DNA of 62,203 nt, filler included, from Choristocarpus tenellus KU-1152 (GCA_964200185.2; 8 parts of 8 records of this genome joined end to end with filler, not necessarily neighbours in it); one strand, 5' to 3'. Numbered from the whole stretch's first letter, positions 1-14,000 are shown. Notes: a model not told the origin generated them from the letters alone. Numbers and translations are program-made.

Positions 1-869
1 CGTTTTCGCAAAACAACCATCCTCGTAGTCCCGCTCCATCCCCAATTTTGAAAATCCTCTGTTAGAAGAAGAAAACATCGAAGATTGTAGTACATTGATT
101 GTGTGTAGTAGTAGTGGGAAAATATACTGATAATGAATGAGGGGGGAAGAGTTGCTGTTGGTCGGGGCAACTCATCACCCAGCTAGGGTGTCATAATCTC
201 ATTGCCTCGATGCGATGCAAGTGGTTCAGTGATTATAATCGAATATTAGTGTGTTTTCGATTTTCAACGGTTGTTTTTTTGTGGTGCTGTTCTTGTTACG
301 TTTATTTAGAGGCAAGTAGTACTGTCCTATATTTTTGAGTCTTATCCTCGAAAAATGTCTTTCAATATATGTAGATATCAATGTACGTGTATGTCAAAAT
401 ATTTGCATTCCACTACATCACGATACCAATGTTTGCATATCTCGATATTGCCGACACAGAGGGCACACAAAGCAAAAGGTTGGGTTGGTCGTAAGGGGGC
501 AGACAGTAGTACATCTTTGAAAAAGAGTCAGTTCGATCAATAATGAGGAAGTGTGGTGTGTTCATTTTTGTGTGATAGCCAACCATTTACCACGCAGATG
601 AGGAGTACCCGAAGCCTCCCTTTGATGGCCTATATCTGCACCCTGGTGCGTAGACCCTTCATCATATCACATCAATGTTATCTCTTCTCATCGATTCAAC
701 ATATACTCTCAATATGAACTACACAAGGACAGTAAATTTGTGTCCGATTCCAGCGATGACACTGTGAGTACCCCGTGAAGAGTACAATTGCAACCCTATT
801 CGCCTATGTGGCAACCCATGGGTCAGGGTCAAGTGATTTCCACATTTTGTAGGTTTTCGGTTATCTCAG

Positions 870-3800
870 ATGAGCTCTACGACTTCCCACTGCTTCTTGC
901 TGAATGCCGCTTTGATGGTACACCAGTCTCGCCTGGCTACGTTCACCACAACAAGCTTGTGGACTCCAGCAAGAGCTTTTTGTGGGGCTTATCCTAGCAG
1001 TCGCCAACGTCATGGGACCCGATTAGCATTACGTGGAGAAGGGGAGAGAATGGAGGACCTTGCACACAACATTCGGCCGCCTCGACGCTCCACTCCTCCG
1101 GTCAGGTGTGTGCGTGATTCTCTTGACGACTCATATGTGTACCTTTATAGAGTATGGAATTATCCAAAACATGTTGCGAATAGTGATTGCGTTGGCCCTA
1201 TATAGCACGATATCCCCTCACTCCAACTTTCAAGCGTGAGGCACAAATCGGCCTGCACATGCCGTCAAACATCCCCCAGCCTCGTCGCCCATTGTTTCTG
1301 TTTGCATCATTAGTCACTGTACCAACCCATTTTTGAACAACCTATGTATCCCTCCCGATGCTCACAGCACAGATGAGGTATCCCCAAAGGCGAGGTTGTT
1401 GGCAGAAGAGCAGGTCATTGCCTATGTTCCCCAAACACCCACTGAGGGAGACGTAAGATGTATAGAGGAGCGCCAGCTACGACACAAAACATCCGCTATT
1501 GCAGTATCTGGGCATTGCAGGTATGTATGAGTGCTATTCAAGAACACTTCCCACATACTCAAGTTGAGTCCCTATCCTGTACGTGTTGCTAAATGCTCTG
1601 GGGGGGGGTTAGAGCAAGACTAAAAAGGTTATGGAAACAAAGAAGAGCATGTACTTGTTGGGAGAGGGGTGAACTTCGGTCTGATTTGCAAGGATTAGAG
1701 TGGGTCTAACATCACAGCCAAACCAGCTAGATCCTGCATTTGTGGGTGGTGTTGTGCCGAAGTATCTGTCCCTCCTGCGCCAAGGGTGATCTGTCGCCTT
1801 TAGTGAGGGAGAATGTGATCTGTTGGCATCTATTCTCTGCAAGTATTATTGATATCAATAAAGATAATGCAGCTAAGATGCTGATCTCCCTGTCTCCAAT
1901 GCTGCTGTGTTGCTATTAGTGAGCAACGTTCTATCGCCCTGAAGTAAAGTTGATCCAAAAGTTGTAGATCCTCAATTTTTGGAGAGAAAATTGAAAGCTA
2001 TATTTGCCGCACGACGAAAATTTTGGAGAACCAATTACATCTCAACCATCACTGACTATTCTTTTTTGCCTAAATGTTAGAGGATAAGGGATGACATTGC
2101 TACAGATTTTGAGTGTACCTCCATGCACCTCCTTGACTGTTTGCTGCATGTTGGTTGGATTTTCTCAGTTTTTTGTAGAAATTTAGCCCAGAGTCATCCT
2201 GGTGTTTGGTGGTTTTAGTGTTTCAGATTAAGAGATGCTAACACTATCATTGAGCCTGAAATCAGTAAACTGGACGGGGCGAAGGTGCTAGTACTTCTGA
2301 ATGGGGAGATATTTGCAGAGTGATTTTTTTGTGGTTCGTTGTAGAAGATCTATACCATGTGGATATGCCTACGAAAACCAATTAGGGTCAATGTGGACCC
2401 ACCCCAGGTGTGAGATTATTAGATATTTGCAGACACTAATTATAGTGGGTACTCGGCAGAAAAGGCTGTTGAACTAATGACCCCAAGGTCAACTTCCTGT
2501 GCCCATTCCATGAATCGCAGTAGCCCAGAAAAAACTACAGAAATTTTCAGTGTCCTGAGATTGCTGTGTCATACGTATGCCATGACATGGACAGAGTGTT
2601 CAAGAACGAATATTGCAGTGTATGATTACTCAGTAGATATCTCTTTACTGTAATTCATTGTGCCAACACTTCCCATTGTCTATGGCCCCTATCCTTCAAC
2701 TTTTTTTTTGGCAGGAAGCTCAACTGCTACCCCTCTCACCCCTTCCCCCCCCCCCCCCNNNNNNNNNNCACCCTCCCTTTACTCTTTGCCCCCTCCCTGA
2801 CTTTTTTTTTTTGGGCGACACCCCCACTCTTTTCCCCCCCCCCCCGCCCCCCCCCCCCCCCCCCCCAAATGGCATGTCCTGTGCTCCAACATGTCCGACT
2901 GCAACTATGATAGACATGGCTTTCCCCAGGCATTTGGCTTTTCACCTTGTGGCCACAAGATCTCGTCTGGTCTGTTCCGTCTTTCCTGCCCGATGCTTGT
3001 GCAGGCAATCGACTCTTTGGAGTCAGAGGGAGGTATAGAACACATCAATGAACGCCTTGAGCTGGAGCCAGACTTGCGTGAGGTGAGAGGATTCAGCAAT
3101 CCCCTCCCGCCCCCTCTCGAAATTAAACTCTTCATCGTTGCACATGCCGTCCAGAGATGTAAAATCTGTCCCCCAACTCTTGACAGGATTTTATGGCTGT
3201 TAACCTTGTTCATGGAGGGCTCCGCAAGCGTTTGATGTCCCCAGGGGACTTGAAAAGTGTGTCAGATTACCTTGGATCTGATGAAATTGCTATGACCTTC
3301 CTTGGGAGTGGAATCACAGGGGTAACACCTTCCAAGGTACGTGATGCAAAGTGTCTGCATGCTCATGTTGCTGACGCCTTGATGCGGGGACGGGGCAAGA
3401 ATGCCATAGGCAGGGCAACATTGGAACTCCTTGAGCAGCGTGCAGGAGGGGAGGAAGGGTCGATGGGGAATGGGCTGTGCAATCAACAGTGTGATGTTAA
3501 TCTGGAAGAGACAGAGAGTTCGTGGAGGTAGGGAGAATAGAGCAGAGGCCCCGAGAGGGCATAGGGGTGATGGGGGAGAGGAGGGGAGTAAGGTTTGTCT
3601 CTTGTTGTGAAGGTGAAATGGTGTGTGTGTATGTCAGGTGTGTGACTGGAAGAGGTTAGGAATCTGAAGACTAAATACACTTTGATGAGCTGAATTGTGC
3701 CAAGTTTGATAATACCAACATATATATATATATATATGTGATAATTTCCAATGAATAAAAGGAGTCTACATGTGGGTATCATGTCAAAGAGATGTTCCAA

Positions 3801-4273
3801 TGTGTGTATATATATATATATATATATATTCGTGTGCATTCTATGAAGAGACACTGAACAGAGGTGAAAAGAAATCAGTTGAAAACAATGGAAACAAGTC
3901 ATGGGCATCAGCACAGGCACTTACATAGCCATCCTTAGCTTCCCCCCTTCCCCCTTCTATTTGCCTCTCCTGTTGCACATCAACACCCAACCATGCCTCA
4001 TCACCCTTCAACTGCCTTGGTGTTGTTCTTCCATACTTCAGATACATGCCTCAGAAGAACAGACTGGGCCTTAAGCTCAAGAACATGCGCCGAAGAGAGC
4101 AACAGCAGTCAAGGTTAAAGAAACAAAAACTTGAGGAGCTAATGATGCAGGAGAGAGAGGGAATGGAAGAGGTGGTAAATGGCAGTGTGGGGTTGGGACC
4201 AAGTAATGTTTCACCCAAAGGGTGCAGCTCTGGAGAAGGTTTGGTTGTAGCCTCCACTGTGAGGGCACAATAG
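870..4273 (+). CDS. DUF501 (Rv1025-like) domain protein, 5 exons, with N-terminal extension (possible organelle targeting)
   Basis: Phase-compatible GT-AG exons 870-1105, 1368-1520, 2914-3082, 3187-3527, 4042-4273 give ...IEERQLRHKTSAIAVSGHCRHGFPQAF...SGLFRLSCPMLVQAIDSLESEGGIEHINERLELEPDLREDFMAVNLVH...GSGITGV...KCLHAHVADALMRGRGKNAIG..., matching DUF501 motifs (C..G.P, L.CP.L...I..LE..G, KCLHAH.A, N.IG). Start codon and exon 1 are less certain. Confidence 0.85.
1900..2650 (-). mobile_element. Possible decayed tyrosine-recombinase (DIRS/Ngaro-like) retroelement fragment in DUF501 intron 2
   Basis: Minus-strand fragments FSGLLRFMEW (cf. F.G.LR..E) and SQGGAW (cf. S.R.GGA); many stops, weak support. 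Confidence 0.25.
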
Positions 4274-6439
4274 GGCTGCACCGGGAGTTAGTAACCAGCA
4301 CTTGCACTGACATCTTGCCAAAAATATTGGGAATGATATTGGAAACCATTTTTTTAGTATGTATACTTGTTTCTTAAGGATTTTTTTTTGTGTATTTAGC
4401 ACATCTACTCCTGGCGACAGGCTATATCATCAAGCCTAGGTTAGTATGGTAGTTGAGGTAATGCTTTCAATGAGTGTGCATGGGAAAGGGGAGGGGGTTT
4501 ATAGTACAACGTTTTGATCCATTCTTGCCACTGCAAGGAATTTAACATTCCCAAGGTTGCCTACAAGTATTCTAGTTAGTATGGCAAGAATGTTTGCTCC
4601 AAGGAGCAATGTCCCTAGTGAAAGGTCTTACAGCACTGGAAGCGTAAGTAGAAATGAGTTTCGCATTGTTGCAGTCTTTTACTTTGAAGTATTTTATTCC
4701 TTACCTGGAGTGTATTTCAACAACTACCTGGCACTTCTGCCTGGGAATTGTAGCATGTGTTGAAAGGGTGAATATGATGGATTTGTGACTTGAAATTTCA
4801 ATAGAATTTTGTATCACTTGATTTTTCGCCAAATGAATGACAGCAGACCATTAGCCTCTTCACCAGGTGGTGATTTTGTTTATTCAAAACAATTTTGACT
4901 TTTCCATTTTGTTCTTGTTTCACGGATAGATCTTGAGGTACCGTGCAAGAATTTTTTTCAAATTATTTCCAACTTTCAGTAGGTTTTCATGTCCAAGAGA
5001 CTCCTTGTGCCTTTAAAGCAGTGCATGTGCAAGATTGAATGACTGTTTGCAATGGCTAGACAAGACTATAATTTGGTTTTTGTGACTGCGAAGTATATTT
5101 GGATGGTCAGCCCATGTTTGAAACCTGCTACTCAACGATGCGTAAAGGCTGATCAGGTACAGTTTCATCACATTTCACAAGAGCTGGCTGATTCTCTGAT
5201 ACTCTGCACTTTGCACAGTACTGGCTGAATTTGTTTCGTTATTTCATTTTAGTACAACTGATGCTCTGGAGCAGTTAATGGGGATGGTTGTGGTGGTTGA
5301 TGGTATCATTCAGCAAGCATTCTCTTCAATAATAAATAGTGTGAGAGGGTTTGTATGTGTTTTGGTGACCACAATGATATGGGCGTAAGTCCTTTGTATG
5401 CACTGTTGTGTAAGTGGGAGGAGTCAACATGTTAACCCCGGGCTTTCCAGGGATACACTAAATAGTCAGGGACAGATTGAGAGTGCTGTTCCTTTCGGTT
5501 TGACGCCTGATGGTCTAAATAAGACAGCAGCAGAAAAGAGGAATGATTGTGAATTTTAATGGTATACAGAAGACTTTGTTGAGGGGAAGGATGCGGATGG
5601 TGTTCTCCTTTTTGCGACAAGGGATCCCTGTCCAAGAGTTTTGGACAAGATGGCATTAGGGGCAGAAGAGTTGGCAAAATGTAACACTCAGTAGGGCCAG
5701 TGTTTGTATTGTCCCCCATGGATCACATAAATGTGATGGTCAAGGTGGTCCATAATGCACTTACAGGGAGGCTGCCCCAGGAGAAGGTGACGGTTGTGCA
5801 AAGAGTTTTGGAATCTTTCATGAAAGTCTATAATGTTGTACATGCCTGCTTGTGAGGAATTCTGATTCATTTGTGGAGCATATGGGAATTGCAGAGGCTG
5901 TGTTGGGAACAGTTACGACATGGGATCTGGAAGCTTTTCCCAGTAATATTTCTTTAAAGCAAACATACATTGGGAACTGTTTGGTACTGCAGTCAACGTC
6001 ATGCTCCCTGTCCCTACCTTCAGTAACACACGCGCCCAATTTGCTAGAATGAATGGGTTGGTAGCCCAGGTAGATAACAGATGGTAATGTTATGGGAGAG
6101 GGGTAAAGTCAACCTGTTGGCAGCTCCTTGTAGGTTTGGATTTGCGAATAACTGCCCTTATCTGATGGGACCCAGCTGTTTCTGTTGTTTCTCTCACACA
6201 TTGACGAACTGGCAAGGACCACACGAGTGGGGAGGGTTGCTGGAAGTAAGGGGGCTACAACACTAGCACAAGGCATACAGTCTAACATGACAGGAAATCC
6301 AGGTGTGTAGAGTGGGGCAGGTAGTGAGAAGATGACAGTTGTAGCCTAAGGCGAAGGGCCGACCATGGGTGGAGATGGCGTGGAAAGAAGATATTCCAAA
6401 CCTTTTTAGTGGGTAGTTGAATGGAAAGAAAGGGGGATG

Positions 6440-7420
6440 AGATAGTGGAAGAAGAGGTACAGGGAAGTCAAAACTCAAGATCAAAGTGCTGCACTCAAAA
6501 GGTAGTATCTGGCAATGGGCAGTTGGAGCACGATCCCTGGCGAAGGGCCCAGGTTCAAAAGGAGTTGCCTGATAAGGAGGAGGCAAGTTACGGCTTGCAG
6601 TCAATATGCCTGGTCTTGATGGGGGCCCTGTCCAGCTACAGGAGGCTGATGACATCAGACCAAGGTACTGCACTCGTAAGGTAGGAACTGTCATCAAGGA
6701 GCATTTGGACCATGATCCATGACTGAGGAGGCAGACTCAAAGGGAATGGACTACTTTGAAGTACTAAGGAGTAGGCAAGTTAGGGATTGCAGTCAAGGTA
6801 CCTTGACCGTCTGCCCCAGTGTAACAATGATATCTCGATGTTTGACAAAATCAGAGGCTGGGAGCCTACCTAGCATAGTCTGTGTGCCATCACCTCACTA
6901 ATCGTGTGCTATCCCTGAGCAGCCATCTCAATCTTTTTGTTAACACTTGAGTCTGTTACTGGACCTTTCACTCATTCTTATCTTTATCCTTCTACTGTAG
7001 GGAGTCAGGAAAACGGTCCAGATGGGATTTGATACCAGCTGCCTATGTTTTTGTCAAATATTGAAATACCACTGTTCCACCGAGTTGGAGAATCGCACGA
7101 CTGGCCTAGAAGAGGAGGTACAGGGAAGTCAAAACCCAACGTCAAGGTACTGCACTCATAAGGTAATACTTCGGAGTAGCTGCCAACAGGCAGTTGGACC
7201 ATGATCCCTAGCTGAGAGCAAGTCCTGTTTACAGTCAAGGTGCCTGGTCACAAGGGGGGCTGTTCAGGTACAGGAGGCTGATGATATAAGGTGTAGGTAT
7301 TACACTCATTAGGCAGTAACTGCCAAAGGGGAGTTGGACCCTGGTCCCTCACTGAGGAGCTAGACTCAAAGGGAGTTGCCTGCTATGGAGCAGGCAAATT
7401 ACGGTTTGCAGACAAGGCGG
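6440..7420. repeat. Diverged direct repeat, ~180-bp unit, about 4 copies in two blocks (6450-6810, 7108-7415)
   Basis: Recurring blocks gaggtacagggaagtcaaaac, aaggtactgcactc, ttggaccatgatcc, gactcaaaggga, gcaagttacggcttgcagtcaa. Confidence 0.7.
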
Positions 7421-7729
7421 TGGGACCTTTTCATTCAATTTTACCCTATCCAACCTCATCCTGATCACACTCCCTTTGTAATCCCCTGACCACAGACAGA
7501 TAAGAAATGATCAGTACAAGAGCTCAAAAAGGCAAATCCACCAATAGTCGAGTCCGCAGACAGAGATGAGAAAATATTAACAAAAAAAACACAATTTTCA
7601 AGGATCGGCTCCAGGATCAAGGACCATAATTGGTTCAACGAGGAAATATGTATGTATGTGTCCGGATGCCCTTCAGAGCATTCAGGTTTAGTTAGTACAC
7701 CCGCTAGATACAACCTACTACTATCATCA

Positions 7730-8420
7730 ATAAGAATAGTTTACGTATTATATGATTTATTGAGAATGGCCGACTCCTCTGATAAGATCGCTACCATCAA
7801 GTAGTCAAGGTATTGTCAACATATTCCTTTTGAAGTCGTAATGTAGACAGGTGTCAATATATTCCATATCAAGCGTTTTCGCCTATCAGATTGTGTCAAC
7901 ACTATATGGAAGGCCTCTCCATATTGAATCGTGCAAGGGTTATGTTTTTTTGACAGATTGGTATTGAAACGTCCAAAGGGGACATACTCTTCTCGAGGTA
8001 CCCTTTAGTTACCACGCCCCACTCTAATTCGTCCTGTGGGAGGATATTGTTTTAGCAAGTGTACACATTGTCGCTATTGTTCTGAATGGTGATAATACTA
8101 TTCTTTTATTTCTATACCACCTGAGCTACCAGCATGGTCTTTCTAAAGGAATTATTACTGAGAATTTCACCTTTGACCATTCAGAATTCTAACGCACATT
8201 CTCCTCTCAAATCCATTGGACTTAATAATTCTCATATACAATCAGCCATTTCCTATTGTCCGGATTATACATTATCGTAGCGTGCCCCAAAAAGGAAATA
8301 ACAACCACTACCGCACAGCCAGGAAGTGCCATTCAGTGAAAAAGCTCATCTAGGCATATATATTCCACGTGTTGCATAAATATCAAGGCAATATTGCTAC
8401 AATATCATGCCTCAAGTATC
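7730..8420 (-). mobile_element. Possible decayed Ty1/Copia protease-region relic
   Basis: Minus-strand TSWLCGSGC (cf. W..DSGA/C) and downstream PNLSKN-like segment; frameshifted and full of stops. Confidence 0.3.
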
Positions 8421-9479
8421 TTCTTAATCCCAAAGGAAATCTTTGGCGAGTTGTTTTCCTAGTAGATACTACATTGTCTCCATATGTAGTATCTACTAAT
8501 ATCTTAGTTGTTTTACTTGTAAGTAATAATAATAATACTGTTATTATTATTATTATCGCTATTACTATTATTTTCCCCACTGACATTTGGAGACGATGTT
8601 GTGGGGGGGACGGGAAACATACAAGTGGATACAACAAAACAACAACAGCGAATGTATTACTTACAATAAAAGCCTGCTAATATACCAAGCATAGATGCAT
8701 TATAATTTCAAACTAGAAAAAAACTCCAACCACACAAACGACAACTAGGAACCTGTGTACTGGTGAACGCATTTTGTCTGAATATTTAGGTACATTTATG
8801 TACAGACTACTTGCTTTAACACTGTCATTTGGACATGGTTCATAGTTAGCCTCTCAGACTGGAATAACAAGATATCAAGACTCTTTGTCAACTGTGTCAA
8901 AAATCTACCTTGACAATTAACTTGGTTTTGACTGCCACTGTTGGGTATAAACAAGTAGGATACAATTGTGGAACAAAAACATTGCCACGTCAGCCACTAT
9001 ACAATGCACATGGCCATGTGTAGAACATTTTGATGATCATACGTACACATCTCTACTACTGATCTTTTTCACAACAAAAGGTGCAGCTCTGAAGGTGACT
9101 ATTTTAGGTTTCGTGATGTTCTCTAGTCAAGAATCAGCTCTCTGACAAGTGAATGGAAGGAGTTGATTTGGGAAAATAGGAAAAAAAACATATCTTACAC
9201 TGAAAGAAGTGTTTTGTGTTGACTATATTTTCAATTACATCTTCCCACAACTCTTTATCCAGACATCATCAAGAAAAAAGCATCATATTGTATGTATGAG
9301 TGCACATGGTACATGCCGTGCTATAATCCCAGGGTATATCTCAATGCTTGAGAGTATATACATTTTTTATTTGTCATTGGTTGTCCATGACAACATCGCA
9401 CCAGTAGCACAATGTCAGTAATACCCATTCTGTAGTTTGGACAACCCTTGGCCCCATTTTGGTGTATATATAGCATATA

Positions 9480-10240
9480 TGTTGTCCAGGAGAACTGCCT
9501 GGGTCATTTGCCCTATATTTTCTGTTGTTGAGTTGGTCCAGGCCGATGCCTGGGGCCGTTGGGTCTACAACATCCCTTGCCGAGACAATGCTCAAGCCTA
9601 ATTGCCCTATAACATCCATTGTCACAAGAAACCTCGCAGTCATCTACTTCCTATATGACACTAATATCAAGGGAGCCTACACAGAAAAACGCAATAACAA
9701 CCGTGGTTGTTACATAGTTCCGGTCACGGTTGGGGAAAATGTCCATGGTTTATACCGCAACCCTACTGTCGGAAATCTACAACTGGATCGTTGGCAGTTA
9801 TGGAGACATTGGAAAGTCGTGCACAACCATCACAATTCGGAGCTGTAACCTCAACACCTTCGCAGTGGCAAGTTTTGGGCGCCTCGGTAAGAAGGTGGAA
9901 CATTTTCTGGATGTGCTAGCTACACGTGCGGTAGGGGGGAGAGGGACTGGAGGCTACAGCAGAAAAGGAGCCGTCGAATCCCGCCTACGCCAGTTAGTCT
10001 CAGTCATAACGCAAGTAGCCCTATCTAGACGGGTCATGCGTTTTAAGCTGGAGTCACCAGGGAGACGGGCAAGGCGGGGTTTGTTAGATTCTTGGGATGC
10101 TTCTCTAGCTCCTTAGCCTGGGGTGCAGAAATAGGTTTGAGACACAGGAAGGCAGTAGTACAATATAGATAGTAGTAAAATAGGAAATAGGAAATAAATT
10201 GAAATTTTCACTTTTGTGACAACTGTTACTTTTCTAGGGA
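9480..10240 (+). mobile_element. CRE-like (restriction-like endonuclease) non-LTR retrotransposon 3' end, with an inverted upstream segment
   Basis: Plus ORF ...NLNTFAVASFGRLGKKVEHFLDVLATRAVGG...SRKGAVESRLRQLVSVITQVALSRRV resembles the RLE C-terminus; the upstream RLE segment MDVIGQLG...DVVDPTAP is on the minus strand (ORF 9374-9643). 3' tail shared with the 32430 copy. Confidence 0.7.
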
Positions 10241-11098
10241 TTTTTCAGTATAAATCACGTGTGTTGTGTGTGTTTGAGTATGTTTTGATTGTGAGGTGGT
10301 GATTTAGTTTGTCTTTTGTGCAGGTAGATGGAGTTTTTTCGTGTGGAGTATGATAGGGCTAGACAGTTAACTGTACTGTCAAAAACAAAATCAGAACTCC
10401 AATGACAGGCCAGGACATATCTTGAAGTCGAATGTAGCCACAACTGTAGCTGTACAAAAAATATTTTCTTTTTAGTGTTCATATTTCCAAAAAACGAACC
10501 ATACCATCGAAATCCCTCCACAACTGTTTCTACTCCACAACAAGGACGGTCAATGCGACCTTGTCAACCTATCTGATGGTCATAATACATAAAACTCTAT
10601 GTTCAGAAACCAATCAAACACTGAAAGTGGAACCGTGTAGGCCATCAGATATTATCTGATGCTCGTACAATACCACTTCTTCATATAGTGCTAATGTGCT
10701 AAGTTGTTTTATGCAACTGTTATGTTGTTCAAGTTGTGAGATATCTACACCATTGAATCTCCTGTTCAAAACCTATACCCTTGTGTACTTTGGAGTATGG
10801 CCCTGCTTAGCTATGGTCATAATCCTTGAACTTTGTGTTCTAAGTAAACTGGGTGGGTTGATCATCTTGCAGGAAGGAAGATGAACCATCATGCTTTTCA
10901 CAACTCAAATCTATCGCACCATCACAACAGGAATACCTTTGGGACACTGCTGTCCCTCCTGAGCTCGAAAAGGGATCATTTCATGCAGAACTACAAAGAT
11001 CCAATTTTCCTCTTTTAATGCAACCAGATTGCTAGACTGAAGTTGCTGGCCTGGGTTGTGTACTATTATATCCATCCTTGGATGCCCTGTTATGATTA

Positions 11099-14000
11099 TC
11101 ACCCCCGTGTCTCCATGAAAATAGTATAGAAAACATACACAGCATATCCTGACATGAGGCCATACCCAACGACACGATTCATGGTCCACCCACTCGCCAT
11201 CATTACACCAACAAAGACAAAAACCGTGCACACGAGGATGATCAGGGCCCCCGTCATTCCCCCAGCATCGACCTGAATGCACATAGGCGCGTTTATGCAT
11301 ATGGGCATGATAGGAGGGTGGGGATACAAGTTGAGATTATTTTCATTATTAGACTGTTGGGAGGAGGTTCCCATCTAGCTGGGTAAAACGTGAGGAAACA
11401 CTACCAAAATAGGGTGTGCCTGGCTGTTGAATGAGGCAGTGAGTGTGTTAAAGAACTACAAGAGCGAAGTGGAAGACCTGAAAGGCGTAGGATTGGTTTC
11501 GAGTGAAAGTATCTTAGAGGGTACGAGTTTTGCCCTGTTTGTCCATTTGGGGTTGGGCTTCCCACAGGTGTTTTGTTGACATTTTCCTACTCGAAAATGT
11601 GTATGAGTAGGTAAAATGTATACGTTATGAAAAAATGTGTCCGGAACAAGGATATTGACACTTCCTAACAAACACTATAGCCAAAATTACATAAAAATAG
11701 CAACATTGGTTCTTGGTCCCCAAATGGACGCGCCTCTACCCTCTAAGATAATTTGACTCTTTTGTTTGCAACTAGTGCTCATGGATGTCATGATCTCTCC
11801 TTGTGTACCTTTGTTGACTCTCCATACACCAAACCATAGAGGAACCAGGGAAAGCCCAGGCCAAGGAGAATATCGAAGACATTGCTCCCAACAGCGTTGG
11901 CAATCGCCATCTATCAATCAAAGTTGTATGGACAGATGGAGGGACAAGATGTGAGGGCAGTGGCAAAGGAACTGGATGAAACAGTTGATGTTAAGTTAAC
12001 TATTATTTTATGAAAGATCTGGACTAAACCCCAGCACAACACATAAGCCAACACACGTGAAGATAGACATAAATCCTCGGCAGGAATGTTTATGATGCTC
12101 AGACCGAAATATACAGTACAGTAATGTTCCCAAAACAGATTTCTCTTCACAGATGTCTGAGTGCGATGGGAAGAGGAATCTCACCGCAGCCTCTCCATTC
12201 TTGGCGGCAATCATGGAGCCAATTGCATCGGGCACAGAGGTCCCAACAGCAAGCACAAGAACCCCTATGACCACTGCACTTACCCCCAAAATGCATGCAG
12301 CCCCTGTTGCAAACTCCACCTGCCAACAAGGCTTGTTAGTCACTGTTTGGACAATTTTCTGTCATGGGATTGCACACAATTTTACATGCTTGTTGCAATT
12401 CATACTGCTGTTCGACGTTTGTGACTTCATAGTTCTTCAATGGAACATCTCTTGCATGTTGGCAACCGCCATAATAATGCCCCCAGGAATGCATCTCCAA
12501 GTCACGATTGAAATGGCGTTAGCACAAGCCAATTTCAACCGTTGGAATTTTTTCCTCTTCCTAGTATACTTTTTTTTTTAGTTAAGACAATCAGGCTATG
12601 ACACAATCTAGCACTCCAGAATCTGTGCTACTTTGACCTACTCAAGTTCTAGTAGAAAAACAGTAAAGTAAATTTGTGGATTAGATCTTATTTTGATATT
12701 CTGTCCCCAGAACCTAGCAATATCCCTCCACTGTGGGACAAAAGGTTGATTTTTTCATCACAAACGCATTAAATAATGCCAAGCCACAATCATGTCTCTA
12801 GTTTCAAGGGTACTGAAGCCGAGGATGCCCCCCACCCTACCCCAAACAAAAACTATTTTGGCTTGCACCACACTCACACTCATGAAACACACAAAGTCAG
12901 GAAGGATCACCCTATCCACGTACCATGTAATGGGTGATGAGACCAATCCAGGCAATGCTGGTGATGAACGTAACAATGTAGTATTTCTCATACTCTGGAC
13001 GGGAGCAATCTGGGACGGTTAGGCCAAGTCCTACAAGAAAAGGGAAGCTAAACATGAATTTAAACCAAGACCATCCACCGTTTGGAAATTCCAGTCGATC
13101 ATCCTGGGTAAGCAGTCACAGCCAAGACAGGAGCAACTAGTGAGAAGGAGGTTAAGAATGTGGTTTTGAGAGACCATGGGGAGCAGTGAGGACTTTCTGG
13201 AAGCAGAATAACTGTAAGTGTGTGCTACTCATGTGAATGCGGCGAATTGATTTCTATTAACCATCTTCAGTGGCAATTTCTTGTTCTTAATTGATGCTGT
13301 TGAGGGTAGTTGCCACTTTGCAAAGATTACCATCACCACTACTATTGATGGAAACAGTTGATAAAAATGATCAAATATTATGAAAAGGCAACATTTCCAC
13401 CCCTTATATAAATGGCCAATGCATTTATAATTGCACCATGGTGTCACATACAGTGAATAGGATACAGAAGTCGCCATTCAATCTCTTCTCCCACTCTGTC
13501 AATTTATTATCATTACCCCTCTTCCTTCCAGCAGAAAAATTGAGCTGGCTCAAGTTGCATCATATTTAGGACCAATAGAGTGTGGCTGTGGAGTATAACC
13601 TTGACGTATCCACGCTGGACTTCTTGAAAGGAAGCTTGAGAGATAGTTTTTGGAACAGAAACACCTGGTGCCCTTTCCCCGTATATATTACTCTGAGTAC
13701 TTCTAGGAATGACAAGAAACAATATAGAGGAAAAAAGAAGATTAGTGGAGACTGCAATAATGTGAACAAATTGTCGCATGCTCTGGAATATACTTCCAAT
13801 TTGAAAAACGCTCTCCCCCCACTATTAGTCATGGTGGCAGTAATTATTCTTTCATTCCTGGACATACTTGTAAACTGCTTCCCAACCAGAACCCTGAACG
13901 GTTAAGAACAACAGCCACTTCTTCTTTCACTTTGAAAAGGAAATGGTGTCCACCAGTAGATCTACGCTCATGTTTCTTAGAGTATGGGGATAACAACTCC

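Noticed and set aside
9708-9849. TGTTACA...TGTAAC mini solo LTR
   Set aside because: No TSD, and the right end is part of the retrotransposon coding sequence (RSCNL).
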